This document shows positions 38,068 through 52,177 of a stretch of 64,000 bases of DNA, in pieces. A program made the translations under genes and the position numbers. The notes beneath the pieces were generated by a model that saw only the letters and a program-made list of their open reading frames with translations, ran no database searches and was not told where the DNA came from. The stretch spans positions 186,001 to 250,000 of the forward strand of contig NC_052172.1 in assembly GCF_902713615.1 (NCBI RefSeq). Reading direction: 5' to 3'. The stretch comes from Scyliorhinus canicula. Its lineage: Eukaryota. The stretch's first letter is position 1. Each line of letters starts with the position of its first letter.

Positions 38068-39295
38068 GCATAGAACATAGAACATTACAGCACAGTACAG
38101 GCCCTTTGGCCCTCGATGTTGTGCCGAGCATTGTCCGAAACCAAGATCAAGCTATCCCACTCCCTGTCAATCTGGTGTGCTCCATGTGCCTATCCAATAA
38201 CCGCTTGAAAGTTCCTAAAATGTCCGACTCCACTATCACAGCAGGCAGTCCATTCCACACCCTAACCACTCTCTGAGTAAACAACCTACCTAGGACATCC
38301 CTCCTATATCTCCCACCCTGAATATTATAGCTATGCCCCCTTGTAACAGCTACATCAACCCGAGGAAATAGTCTCTGAACGTTCACTCTATCTATCCCCC
38401 TCATCATCTTATAAACCTCTATTAAGTCGCCTCTCATCCTCCTCCACTCCAAAGTGGAAAGCCCAAGCTCCCTCAACCATTCCTCATGAGACCTATCCTG
38501 CAAACCAGGCAGCATCCTGGTAAATCTCCTTTGCACCCTTTCCAATGCATCCACATCCTTCCCACAATGAGATGACCAGAACTGCACACAATACCCCAAA
38601 TGTGGTCTCACCAGGGTCCTGTATAGTTGCAGCATAACCCCGCGGCTCTTAAACTCAAGCCCCCTGTTAATAAACGCTAACACACTATAAGCCTTCTTCA
38701 TGGCTCTATCCACTTGAGTGGCAACCTTCAGAGATCTGTGGACATGAACCCGAAGATCTCTCTGTTCCTCCACATTCCTCAGAACCCTGCTGTTGACCCT
38801 GTAATCCACATTCAAATTTTTTCCACCAAAATGAATCACCTCGCACTTATCAGGGTTAAACTCCATCTGCCATTTTTCGGCCCAGCTCTGCATCCTATCA
38901 ATGTCTCTTTGCAGCCTTCAATAGCCCTCCACCTCATCCACTACTCCACCAATCTTGGTGTCATCAGCATATTTACTGACCCACCCTTCAGCCCCCTCCT
39001 CCAAGTCATTGATAAAAATCACAAATAGCAGAAGACCCAGCACTGATCCCTGTGGTACACCGCTGGTAACTGGTCTCCAGTCTGAAAATTTTCCATCCAC
39101 ACCACACTCTGTCTTCTATGTGACAGCCAGTTACTTATCCAATTGGCCAAATTTCCCTCTATCCCACACCTCTTTACTTTCTTCATGAGCTGACCATGGG
39201 GAAACTTATCAAACGCGTTACTGAAATCCATGTATACAACATCAACTGCTCTACCTTCATCGACACACTTAGTTACCTCCTCAAGGAATTCAATC
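38068..39295 (-). mobile_element. CR1 3' part (RT, frameshifted), nested in an older plus-strand CR1
   Basis: [20 protein letters not shown]; CATAGAA tail. Confidence 0.9.
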
Positions 39296-39529
39296 ACGTT
39301 TGAGCAGGTAGAGTAAAAATAAACAGAGCTTTACTTCCGTGTCCAACGGCTGCAGAATTACCACGGATCTCGGATTTCGAGTGCATGAGTCACGAAAACT
39401 GATTGTGTCAGTGCAACAAGTAATTAAGAAGGTGAGTAGAATTCTATCCTTATTCTGAGAGGATTTGAACATAAAAGTAAGGGTGTTATTCTTGAGTTGT
39501 AAAGTCAATTGGTGAAACCACATCACAGG

Positions 39530-41310
39530 ATCAGAGAATTGTTACAGCGCAGAAAGAGGTCTTTTGGACAATCGTGTTTGCACCGTCTCTCCAAACAAGC
39601 ATTGCGACTTCGTACCATTCCCCTGCCCTTTCCCCGAATTTCTACATTTTTTTTCTATTCAAGTAATCACCCGATGCTCTCTTGAAAGCTTCAGTTGAAA
39701 ATGCTGCACCACACTTCCAGTCAGTGCATTGCAGACCCGAAGCACTCGTTATGCAGAAGAGTTTCTTTTTCAAACATCACATTTGCTTCCTTTGCACATC
39801 AATTGAAATCGGTGCCCTCTCGTTCTTGTTATTTTTCTCGGCGGAAGTGTGTCTCTCTGTTTACTCCGCCCAGCCCCCTCATGATTTCGAACATCTCCAT
39901 CAAATCTCCTCTCAGTCTCATCCTCTCCAAGGAGAACATTCCCAACATCTCAAACCTAACATCATGAATGGAACCAATCCTGTAAACCCATTCCTCACGC
40001 TGCACAATCCGTCCACAGCCTTCCAATATTGTGACTCCCAGAGCTGTGCAAAATATTCCAGCTGATGTCTAACTGGTGGCTTGTACCAATTCAGCATAAC
40101 CTCCTTGCTCTTGTTCTCTTTTCCACTCGTAGTAAAGACCAGAATAAGATTTGCTTTATTACCTGTTCTATCCACGTGTCCTGCTACCTTCAATTATCAA
40201 TCCACAGAAACACTCAGTTCTCTCTGCTCCTTTATCCCATAAATATTTTACCGGCAGCACGGTAGCATAGTGGTTAGCACTATGGCTTCACAGCGCCGGG
40301 TCTCAGGTTCGATTCCGCTTGGATCACTATCTGCGTTCTCCCTGTGTGTGCGTGGGTTATCTCTGCGTGCTCCGGTTCCCTCCCACGCTCCAAAGATGTG
40401 CAGGTCAGGTGGATTGGCCATGCTAGGTTAGATGGAGTTGCTGTGATACGGGGATAGGATGGAGGTGTGGACTTCATTGGGGAGCTCTTTGTCGAGCCGG
40501 TGCAGATTCCATGGTCCGAATAGCCACCTTCTGCACTGTCAATTCTATGATTCTATACTTTACGACCAAAATGCATCATCTCACATGTCTCCAAAATGAA
40601 AATCATCCTTTGTCGCTTGAAGGTCTAGACTGCCCACGTCTCAGTTTACAAAATTTCCAAGTTTGTACCAACATCAAACTTTGAACCTGTTCCCTGGACA
40701 CCATGATCTATCACATTGTTATATATCAGGGAAAGCAAATGTTCCAATAGGAACCCATGTGGAACACTACAAACCTTCTTCCTGTCCAAAAAGTCTCCAC
40801 TGACCATTACATTTTGTTTCTGATTATTCAGCCACATTTATATCCATATTGCTGCTGTGCCTTTTATTCCAGGAGCGATAACATTTCGCTGATTCTGTGC
40901 GGTTTTTGTCTCCTTATTTAGGGAAAGATGTCAATTCCTTGGAGACGGTTCAGAGGAGGTTTCCTCCATTGGTGCCAGTAATGAGCGGGTTTTCTATTGA
41001 GGAAAGGTTAGACAAACTGCACTTGTTTCCAGTGGAGATGTGAAGAGTGACAGTTGATCTGATTGAAGTCCATCAAGTTTTGAATGGTCTTGACAAGGTG
41101 GACGAGGAGAGGATGTCTCTGCTTGTGGGTGAGAGCAGAAATACTGGGCAGTGAAAACAAGGATGTCGCCCATGTACGGAGATGTGGAAATTTCTCACTC
41201 TCAGAGAGTTGTGCGGCTTTGGAACTCTGCCTCAGGAAGCGGCCTAAGCGGGACATTGATTATTTTTAAGGCGGAGATTGAAAGATTCTTGTTCAGCAAA
41301 TAAATCAAAG
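39530..41310. mobile_element. Old CR1 fragments (minus ~39530-40880, plus ~40890-41310) with HE1-like SINE at ~40252-40555
   Basis: LERMRLRGDL, VRHQLEYFAQLW and VPHGFLLEHL degenerate motifs. Confidence 0.7.
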
Positions 41311-41569
41311 TTTTATCGGTGTTGCATACAAATTTTGCATTCAGCCAACTACCTGGATGTACAAGCGTTCGTTTGATTTACTTGATATATGGGGGTAAAC
41401 TCACAGTCCTACACCATGGTCAAATGGTCTTTAAATGTCGTGTTTGTTTCTTCACGTGTTCTGCATTGATATATTCTCTGGGGCTCAGACCTGCTCCCGA
41501 TTTCTGTCAATGACACCATACCGATGGTACTGATTTTAAAAAATAGGGCTTGCCTGGGATTTTAACCCA

Positions 41570-42182
41570 GGACCATGTGTTCAACTCCTCTCTCTCCTTA
41601 TTTCTCACTTCGCTAGCACGTGGCACGGGTGACAACCCAGAGATAAAAACTCTGTTTTTTCTAGCTCTCAGCTTCCACCCTAGCTCCCTGAATTTCTGTC
41701 TCAAATCCCCATCTCTCTTCCTACCTATGTCGTTGGTACCTATGTGGACCACGACTTGGGGCTGCTCCCCCTCCCCCTTAAGGATCTCAAAAACACGATC
41801 AGAGACATCACGAACCCTGGCACCTGGGAAGCAACACACCAACCGTGAGTCTCTTTCATTCCCACAGGACCTCCTGTCTGTTCCTCTAACTATGGAGTCC
41901 CCAATGACAAGTGCTCTGTTCCTCTTCTCCCTTTCCTTCTGAGCAACAGGGACAGACTCTGTGCCAGTGACCTGTGCCCTATTGCTTATCCCCTGGTAAG
42001 TCGTCACCCGCAACATTATCCAAAACGGTATACTTGTTATAGAGGGGAACGACCACAGGGGATTCCTGCACTGCCTGCCCGTTCCATCTCCCTCCCCTGA
42101 CGGTAACCCATCTACCTTCTTCTTTTACCTGAGGTGTGACTACCTCCCTATAACTCCTCTCAATAACCTCCTCCGCCTCCCG
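41570..42182 (-). mobile_element. CR1 ORF1 fragment (SGNH esterase domain)
   Basis: VIGDSIVR...CFPGARVRDV...VVVHIGTNDI blocks typical of CR1/L2 ORF1 esterase. Confidence 0.85.
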
Positions 42183-43792
42183 ATTGTGGGAGAGTGTGGG
42201 AGTGAGATAGTGTGTGTGAGAGGGAGGGAGTGTGAGTGAGATTTTTGACCTCCCTCTCTCTATCATATGGACACACATTTTACAGCATACTGCTCAGTTA
42301 ATGGTGTGTGTGAGTGTCAGTGTGTGTGAGAGAGATTGAGTGTAAGTTTTATCCTCACTGTCTCTCTGTGACATAGTACACATATTTTACTGCTTGTGGG
42401 TCAATTGCTGGTGTGAGAGAGTATGTGTGAGAGAATGTATGAATGTGTGAGAGGTGTGTGTGTCAGAGAAAGTGAGTGAGTGAGTGCATGTGTGTGAGGG
42501 AGAGTCTGTGAGTATGTGTGAGGGATGGTGAGTGTGTGTGGGAGCAATAGGGTGAACAATGGATGTGCCGCTGATGGGCAGCAGGGTGGAACAGCGCCAG
42601 AGACATAGGTTTGATTCCGACCTCAGGCGACAGTCTGTGCGGAGTTTGTACATTCTTCCCGTGTCTGTTAGGGTTTCCTCCGGGTGCTCCAGTTTCCTCC
42701 CACAGTCCAAAAAATGGTGGAATTGATATGCTCAACTATCCCTTGGTGGGGTTACAAGGAGAAGGTGGGAGATTGGTCTTGGGTAGCATGCTCATTCAAA
42801 AGGTCAATGCAGACTCGATGGGTTGAATGGCCTCCTTCTGCACTGTAGGGTTTCTATGAGAGAGTGTGTGAGAGAGAGTGTGTGTCTGTGTGTTTGCGCG
42901 TGCTTTACCCTCACTATTTCTCTGCGATATATAACAAATATTTTACTGCTTACTTCTCAGTGAAATGTGAGACAGTGTTTGAGAGACGGCGTGAGTATGT
43001 GTTTTACCCTCACTGTCTCTCTATGATGTATAACACATTTTACAGCTTACTGCTCAGTTACTGCTGTGTGACTGTATGAGTGAGAGAGTGTGAGTGAGAG
43101 AGTGAGTGCATGTTTTACCCTCACTGTATCTCTGTGGTATATCTACCATATTTAATTGATTACTGCTCAGTGACTGGTGTGTGTGTGTGAGAGAGGGAGA
43201 GTGTGTGTGTGTGAGAGAGTGTGAGTGAGTGAGTATTAACCTCACAGTCTCTCTCTGATGCATAATTAATATATTATTGATCAGTTATTGATTTGTGAGT
43301 ATGTGTGGGAGAGACAGTGCTTGGGTGTCTGTGAGAGGGTGTACATGAGACAGAGTGTGAGTGAGTGTGTATAAACCTCACTGTTACTCTGTGCTATATA
43401 GGACATATATTTTACTGCTCAATGCTCAGTTGTTGCTGTGAGAGTGAGTGTGTTTCACCCTCAGACTTTGATATAAAATTCATATTTAGCGCTTACTACT
43501 AAGTTACTTGTGAGTGAGCATGTGCATGAGAAAATGTGAGTGTATGTTTTACCCTCACTGTCTCTCTGTGATAGATAATGTATATTGACTGCGTACTCTG
43601 AGAGAGAATGTGTGAGTCTGTTTTACCTTCACTGTCTGTATATGATATATGTCATATTTTACTGCCTCCTGTGCAGTTGTTGGTGTCTGAATGTGTGAGA
43701 GTGTGTTTTCCACTGTAGCGGTCTGTCTCTGTTTTGGGTCAAGTGTTATGAAAAAAATAATTTCATTCTGTAACTCTCTGTCTCTGTTCTGT

Positions 43793-44578
43793 AGCACTCC
43801 CAGATCCCTTTGTACTTTGGCATTATGAATTTTCTCACCGTTTAGAAAGTAGTCTATGCTTGGATTCTTTTTTCCAAAGTGCAAGACCTCACATTTTCTC
43901 ACGTTGAATTGCATCAGCCATTTCCTGCACCACTCTCCCAAACTGTCTAGATCCTTCTGCAGCCTCCCCACTTCCTCAGCACTACCTGCCTGACCACCTA
44001 ACTTCGTATCATCGGCAAACTTCGCTAGAATTCCCCCAGTCCCTTCATCCAGATCATTAATATATATGGTGAACAGCTGCGGCCCCAACACTGAACCCTG
44101 TGGGACACCGCTGGTCACCGGCTGCCATTCCGAAAAAGAACCTTTTATCCCAACTCTCTGCCTTCTGTCAGACAGCTAATCCTCAACCCATGCCAGTAGC
44201 TCACCTCGAACACCATGGGCCCTCACCTTACTCAGCAGCCTCCTGTGTGGCACCTTATCAAAGGCCTTTTGGAAATCCAGATAGACCACGTCCACTGGGT
44301 TTCCCTGGTCTAACCTACTTGTCACCTCCTCAAAGAATTCTAACAGGTTTGTCAGGCACGACCTCCCCTTACTAAATCCATGTTGACTTGTTCTAATCCG
44401 ACCCTGCTCTTCCAAGAATTTAGAAATCTCATCCTTAACGATCGATTCTAGAATTTTACAAACAACCGAGGTTAGGCTAATTGGCCTATAATTTTCCATC
44501 TTTTGTCTTGATCCTTTCTTGAACAAGGGGGTTACAACAGCGATCTTCCAATCGTCCGGGACTTTCCCTGACTCCAGT
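43793..44578 (-). mobile_element. Internal CR1 RT fragment
   Basis: [29 protein letters not shown]; no 3' tail. Confidence 0.9.
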
Positions 44579-44939
44579 GATATTCCAGTAATATTCACAT
44601 TACTATTCTTCTCCAAATATTTACATTGGTCATGTTCCACCCTGTGAAGCTTCAATAATTTTAAACATTCAGTGTTAATCACACAGGCCGAGGGGGTTTA
44701 CCTGGTTACCAGCCCCTCTTTAGTATTAATCATACAGACCGGGGAATTTACACAGTTACCAGCCCCTCTTTAGTGTTTATCACACAGACCGGAAGGTTTT
44801 ACTCAGGTTACCAGCCGCTCTTTAATCTCTACCACACAGATCTGAGGGTTTTACAGTTAGCAGCCACTCTTTCATGTTAATCACACAGACCGGGTTTGTT
44901 TACACATTTACCAGCCCCTCTTTAGTGTTAATCATAGAA

Positions 44940-45915
44940 ACCAGAAGGCACAGGAGCTGAATTAGGCCACACGGCCCATCGAGTCTGCTCCACCATTCAA
45001 TCATGGCTAATATTTTCTCATTCCCATTCTCCAGCCTTCTACCCATTACCCCTGAGCCCCTTATTAATCAAGAACCTAGTTATCTTGGTCTTAAAGACAC
45101 TCAGTGATTTGGCCTCCACAGATTCACCACCCTCTGGCTGAAGAGATTCCTCCTCCTCATCTATGTTTTAAATTGATAGTCTGAGATGGTGTCCTCTGGT
45201 TCTAGTTTTTCCTACAAGTGGAAACACCCTCTCCATGTCCTCTCTATCCAGGCCTCGCAGCATCCTGTAAGTTTCAAAAAGATCCCCCCTCGTCCTTCTA
45301 AACTCAAACGAGTATAGACCCAGAGTTCCCAAACGTTCTTCGTACAAGTTCTTCATTCCAGGCATCATTCTTGTGAACCACCTCGGGGCGGGGACAAAGT
45401 TACCAGCCCCTCTTTAGTGTGAAGCAGGGGCTGCTTTAGCACAGGTCTAAAGAACTGGCTTTTAAAACAGACCAAGGCAGGCCAGCAGCATGGTTCAATT
45501 CCCGTACCAGCCTTCCCGAACAGGCGCTGGAATGTGGTGACTGGAGCTATTCACAGTGACTTCATTTGAAGCCGACTTGTGACGTTAAGCGATTTTCATT
45601 TTCATTCATCACGCAGACCGGTGTGTTTAACATGGAACATACAGTGCGGAAGGAGGCCATTCGGCCCACAGAGTCTGCATCGACACGCTTAAGCCTTCAC
45701 TTCAAACTTATCCCCTTAACCCAATTACCTCTCCCAAAACGTTTTAAGCACTAGGGGCAATTGAGCATGGCCAATCCACCTACGTCGCACGTCTTTGGAC
45801 TTTGGGAGGAAACCAGAACACCCGGAGGAAACCCACGCAGACACGGGGAGAATCTGCAGACTCTGCACAGACAGTGACCCAACGGGGAATCGAAACTGAA
45901 ACCCTGGCACTGTGC
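44940..45915. mobile_element. CR1 3' fragment (-), (TTTTCA)n SINE (+, ~45427-45604), HE1-like SINE (-)
   Basis: Reverse-complement paralog of ~7055-8065. Confidence 0.8.
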
Positions 45916-46030
45916 CTCAGGGTTTTACTCAATTACCAGCCCCTCTTTAGTGTTAATCACTCAGACCTGGGGTGGGGGTGGGGGGGGGGGGTTCACATAA
46001 TTACCAGCCCCTCTTTTGTGTTAATCACAC

Positions 46031-46373
46031 ATGTGGAGATGCCGTCATTGGACTGGGGTGAGCACAGTAAGAAGTCTTATAACACCAGGTTAAAGTCCAA
46101 CAGGTTTGTTTCAAACACAAGCTTTCGGAGCACTGCTCCTTCCTAAGGTGAATGGAGAGGTATGTTCCAGAAACATTTATACAGTACAGACAAAGTCAGA
46201 GATGCTGGACAATTCTTGGAATGCGAGCATTTGCAGGTAATCAAATCATTACAGATCCAGAAATAGGGGGTGATCCCAGGTTGAAGACGTGTGAATTGTC
46301 TCAAGCCAGGAAAGCTGGTAGGATTTTGCAATCCAGGCAGATGGTGGGGGGTGAATGTAATGCGACATGAATC
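46031..46373 (-). mobile_element. PLE pLTR of a related subfamily; hammerhead core mutated (46116-46150)
   Basis: Same terminal ~120 bp as 8889; core reads CTTAGGA instead of CTGANGA. Confidence 0.85.
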
Positions 46374-46379
46374 CTCTAA

Positions 46380-47150
46380 CAATCCTCAACACTCTCTGCC
46401 ACTCCACCAACCTTGTTGTCGTCCATGAACTTTCTCTGTTCAGACCTTCTTTGGAAAGGCACATTCCACATGGAGGTGAGTAACCACATGGAGCAGTCAG
46501 TTTGAGGGCAGTGTGAGACGGTGTTGAGACTTTGGGTGCATGAAGGATATGACGGGGAGGGCCCTTCTCACCACCATCCAAGCTGGGTCTTGCTGCTTGT
46601 TTGAAAGTTCTGGTGATGAGATGATCTGCCAGATGCCTCTGACAGTCTGCTCAGGGGAACCATCTGACATGATCCACCATCTCCTTTACCCTAAGGGCCT
46701 CGAAGACATTACGTGCAGACTACTGCTTGATTGCCTTGTGGCCAAACCTGTTTTCCTGAACAAATGTTTCCTTGAGGGACAGGTGTTACGACACGGTCCT
46801 AGGACCAGAGCATCCAGCGGCAACGAAGCCAGATCCATCCTTCGTAACACCCGGGACAGATAGAACCTCAGTACGTAGTGACACTTGGTGTTTGTGTACT
46901 GGGGGCCCACGCACAGCTGGATGTAGCCACACACACAGGTGGACAGCAAAGTGAGGACGGCCTTGGGTATGTTTGTCCCTCACTTATCCAGAGATCTGTA
47001 TATGCTGTCCCTTCTGTTTGTATATTTTGTATATGGGTCCCTGTGATCTACAAATTAACTTGATGATGGCTCAGGTGACTGCTGCGCGCAGGACTGGGGA
47101 ATGGGCAAGACCTGCGCCACATCCAGCAACACCGAGATCTTTCCCATATA
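46380..47150 (-). mobile_element. Tx1/L1-clade ORF2 C-terminal remnant
   Basis: KCHYVLRFYLSRVLRRMDLASLP-type segment recalled from Tx1-like ORF2; frameshifted. Confidence 0.55.
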
Positions 47151-47167
47151 ATTACTACAGTAATTAT

Positions 47168-47503
47168 GCAGCACGGTAGCATGGTGGTTAGCATAAATGC
47201 TTCACAGCTCCAGGGTCCCAGGTTCGATTCCCGGCTGGGTCACTGTCTGTGTGGAGTCTGCAGGTCCTCCCCGTGTGTGCGTGGGTTTCCTCCGGGTGCT
47301 CCGGTTTCGTCCCACAGTCCAAAGATGTGCGGGTTAGGTGGATTGGCCATGCTAATTTGCCCGTAGTGTCCTAAAAAGTAAGGTTAAGGGGGGGTTGTTG
47401 GGTTACGGGTATAGGGTGGATACATGGGTTTGAGTAGGGTGATCATTGCTCGGCACAACATCGAGGGCCGAAGGGCCTGTTCTGTGCTGTACTGTTCTAT
47501 GTT
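47168..47503 (+). mobile_element. Young HE1-like SINE
   Basis: TSD CTACAGT (47155-47161 / 47504-47510); absent from the paralogous site at ~6785. Confidence 0.9.
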
Positions 47504-47998
47504 CTACAGTGCAGAAGGAGGCCATTCAGTCCATCGAGTCCACAGCGACTCTCTGAAAGAGCAACCCTACTCAGGCCCACTCCCTCGCAACTCCATCTAT
47601 CATCCACACCCTTAGACACAAAGGGTTAATTTAGCACAGCCAATCCACCTAACCTGCGAATCTTTACTGTGTGAGGAAACCCACAGAGACACAGAATGTC
47701 AGGGTCAGAGTGAACCCGGGTCCCTGGCTCTGTGAGGCAGCAGTGCTGACCACTGTGCAGCCCATCATGTTGCAGATTGTCCCGTGTTCTTCAGCGCGCT
47801 CTTTTCACTCCTGTTTGGAATATAAAATGTGGGTTGGACCAGGCAGGAGGCGGAGCTGGATGATCAAAGACATTTCACTGCTCTGTCTGTCACTCAGTCT
47901 GCTCCCCGCCTCTCTCTCATTCTCAGTCAGGTCGGGGCGGGCTGTATAATAAAGGAAAGTGCAGCAGCTCGTCTCTCATTCAGCAGCGATTTGACTGA

Positions 47999-48319
<321 letters not shown>

Positions 48320-48849
48320 GAAACTCCATTTGACATTTTTAACAAAACCCAAAGGCTCTTTTAAGAGCCGCCCAAACCATCACATTGAGAGCACTGACCT
48401 TAGAATGGCAGCAGAATAACGCATCGAGCTGGTCCAGCGAGTGAGGAAGGCAAAGTGTCGCGTTATAATAGGAAATGTTTCCTGTCTTTGATTTCGCTTT
48501 TCACGGGGATATGAACGTGCTGCAGAGTGAAACACAAAACCTTTCTCCGCAGTCAGCCCTGTAACCGCACAGAGTGAGCACTGACATTGTAATGAGAGCG
48601 GGAATGAATTCTGAAACCCCGCAAACCCATTGCACATAAAATGGACAGTTTCAGAAAGTCAGCCCGCTAGAAACTGCCGCCCTCTGGTAAATACCGACAA
48701 CACAGGGGAAAGCTCTCATTCCAGCCTGAAGCCTCAGGGAAATTCTCACAAACACGGCACTAAGCGGATCCAGAACAGGTCACCCTTTTTCAGATAAATG
48801 AGTGGCTCTGAAAAGAGCCTTTGGGTTATTAGATTAAAGAATGGTCGCT

Positions 48850-49287
<438 letters not shown>

Positions 49288-50323
49288 TCACTTCTCTTAT
49301 AGCTTCAGGAGGAATGGCGGTGCACACATTGCTGATTGGTTATCTGAACAACATTGTGGAGCCGGCTACAAAGTGACCAATCAGATATCTGTTTGAAGCA
49401 CCAATCAGGAGAACCCACGGTGTTGAGGGCGGAAAGTTTGGGCGGCAAATGTTCAGATTCCAACCGAATATTTATTTCAAATCTTAAATGGGCGCGAAAA
49501 GATATAACAGATAAAATTGAATAAAAAATGTGACTGAATCATTTGAGTATAAGATTGTTAGATTCTCTCTCTTTCCCGCGTCTAGTTTCCCATTATCTGT
49601 CAGTTTCTGATTTTGTCTCTGTAACTGACAACAAACCCGAAATAAATTAAACCAAAATAATGCGGAGGCTGCAAATGTGAATTAAAGAGAAAATGCTGGA
49701 TCAACTCAGCGTGTCTGGTATCATCTGTGGAGAGAAACGTTTAGGATCTGTAGAAGGGGAACTGACTCCACACGTTTAGTCTGGCTGTTGTTTAAAACGC
49801 TCTCAGCCGCCGACAGTGTCTAATTCACAGCCATCTGCAAACATAATAACATTTATTCATATTGTAGACTGCTGCCGCTTTCTTGGTGTTAAAAGTGGAG
49901 TGAGCAGTTTGGAGCTAGTGTCAGTATTGAAATGGAGTTTACCCACACCACCGGGGTGCTCTCGATCATTGAGTGTGAACATGAACATAAATGGAAAGAG
50001 AGTAATTTGGGAGACTTAACACAAATGCTACGGGAGGTATTGGAGTTCTGTTCTCTCTCCAAATCCAGCCACAGCAGCCGAGTACGAAGCGGCGACCGAG
50101 CATCACTAAATGATGGGATTTAATAAACAACGTACGAAGATCGACATGACGATAACTCGGCATTATACAGGATGTTGTTGTAGTGAAACACTATTTAATC
50201 GGATCTGGATATTCATAATAGAAATAAACGGATAATTTAATGTATGATGGTTTGGCTGCTTTACAGAAGTTGTGGGTGGCTCTTAAAAGAGCCGTTGGGT
50301 TTTGGACGAGTTTGAGAACTGTT

Positions 50324-50710
50324 TTACTTGGAGCTGGTGTACTTGGTCACCGCCTTTGTCCCTTCCGACACGGCGTGCTTGGCCAGTTCCCCGGGCAGCA
50401 GCAGGCGCACGGCGGTCTGGATCTCCCGGGAGCTGATGGTGCTGCGCTTGTTGTAATGGGCCAGGCGGGAAGCCTCACCCGCGATACGCTCGAAAATATC
50501 GCTGACGAACGAGTTCATGATGCTCATGGCCTTGGAGGAGATGCCGGTGTCGGGGTGAACCTGCTTCATCACTTTGTAGATGTAGATGGAGTAACTCTCC
50601 TTCCTCGACTTTCGCCGCTTCTTGCCGCCCTTTACTGCCGGTTTCTTAATGACTTTCTTGGCTCCCTTCTTGGCAGCTGGTTTCGATGTTGGTTTCTTCT
50701 CGTCAGCCAT
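50324..50710 (-). CDS. H2B: Histone H2B, intact ORF (128 aa), promoter split by PLE
   Basis: Canonical H2B; stem-loop 50278-50293. Confidence 0.96.
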   Translation of the reverse strand: MADEKKPTSKPAAKKGAKKVIKKPAVKGGKKRRKSRKESYSIYIYKVMKQVHPDTGISSKAMSIMNSFVSDIFERIAGEASRLAHYNKRSTISSREIQTAVRLLLPGELAKHAVSEGTKAVTKYTSSK

Positions 50711-50768
50711 CTTCAGTTTCACCCAGAAATAAAGCAAACCCCTTCCGAGCGCTGATTAAATAGACAGA

Positions 50769-50803
50769 CACGAGCTTTCGGAGCACGGCTCCTTCTTCAG
50801 GTG
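50769..50803 (-). ncRNA. Minimal hammerhead ribozyme motif
   Basis: Same 35-nt motif; forms the very end of the insertion. Confidence 0.85.
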
Positions 50804-52055
50804 AATGGAAAGGCTTGTTCCAGAAATGTTTATATAGACACAGTCAGAGATGCCCCGGAATGCGAGCACCTGCAGGCAATCAAATCATCAAAGATGCAGA
50901 GAGAGAGGTAACTCCAGGTTAAAGAGGTGTGAATTGTCCCAAGCCAGTTCAGTCGGTAGGCCTCTGCAAGTCCAGGCTTGTTGGTGGGGGCCGAATGTAA
51001 TGCGACATGAATCCCAGATCCCGGTTGAGTCCGCATTCATGCGTGCGGAACTTAGCTATAAGTTTTTGCTCAGCAATTTTGCGTTGTCGCGTCTCCTGAA
51101 GGCCTCCTTGTAGAATGCTGACCCGGAGATCAGAGGCTGAATGTCCTTGACTGCTGAAGTGTTCCCCAACTGGAAGGGAACAGTCCTGCCTGTTGATAGT
51201 CGCACGATGCCCGTTTATTCGTTGTCGCAGTGTCTGCATGGTCTCGCCAATGTACCACGCTTCGGCAGGGTTTTGTGGTGTTGTGGTTGCTGTTCTGAAG
51301 GCTGGGTAATTTGCTGCAAACAATGGTTTGTTTGAGGTTGCGCAGTTGTTTGAAGGCCAGTAGTGGGGGTGTGGGGATGACCTTGGCAAGATGTCCATCC
51401 TCGCTGATGATGTGTTGGAGGCTGCGAAGAAGATGTCGTAGTTTCTCCGCCCCAGGTAATCTCTGCAAGACATGCCAGATCATCGACATGGACACCACCA
51501 TTACACGTGGAAACACCACCCACCAGGTACGCGGCGCATACTCGTGCGACTCGACCAATGTAGTCTACCTCATACGCTGCAGGAAAGGATGTCCCGAAGC
51601 GTGGTACATTGGCGAGACCATGCAGACACTGCGACAACGAATAAACGGGCATCGTGCGACTATCAACAGGCAGGACTGTTCCCTTCCAGTTGGGGAACAC
51701 TTCAGCAGTCAAGGACATTCAGCCTCTGATCTCCGGGTCAGCATTCTACAAGGAGGCCTTCAGGAGACGCGACAACGCAAAATTGCTGAGCAAAAACTTA
51801 TAGCTAAGTTCCGCACGCATGAATGCGGACTCAACCGGGATCTGGGATTCATGTCGCATTACATTCGGCCCCCACCAACAAGCCTGGACTTGCAGAGGCC
51901 TACCGACTGAACTGGCTTGGGACAATTCACACCTCTTTAACCTGGAGTTACCTCTCTCTCTGCATCTTTGATGATTTGATTGCCTGCAGGTGCTCGCATT
52001 CCGGGGCATCTCTGACTGTGTCTATATAAACATTTCTGGAACAAGCCTTTCCATT

Positions 52056-52090
52056 CACCTGAAGAAGGAGCCGTGCTCCGAAAGCTCGTG
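52056..52090 (+). ncRNA. Minimal hammerhead ribozyme motif
   Basis: CACCTGAAGAAGGAGCCGTGCTCCGAAAGCTCGTG. Confidence 0.85.
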
Positions 52091-52177
52091 TTTGAAACAA
52101 ACCTGTTGGACTTTAACCTGGTGTTGTAAGACTTCTTACTGTGCTCACCCCAGTCCAACGCCGGCATCTCCACATCA

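Larger units (their letters stand above)
50769..52177. mobile_element. Penelope-like (Neptune-like) element: GIY-YIG domain plus inverted pLTRs
   Basis: CKTC...NVVYLIRC...WYIGET...RINGH; TSD TAAATAGACAGA (50757-50768 / 52178-52189). Confidence 0.94.

Noticed and set aside
41507-42016. Host SGNH lipase/esterase gene
   Set aside because: Truncated, intronless, and matches the esterase domain known in CR1 ORF1.
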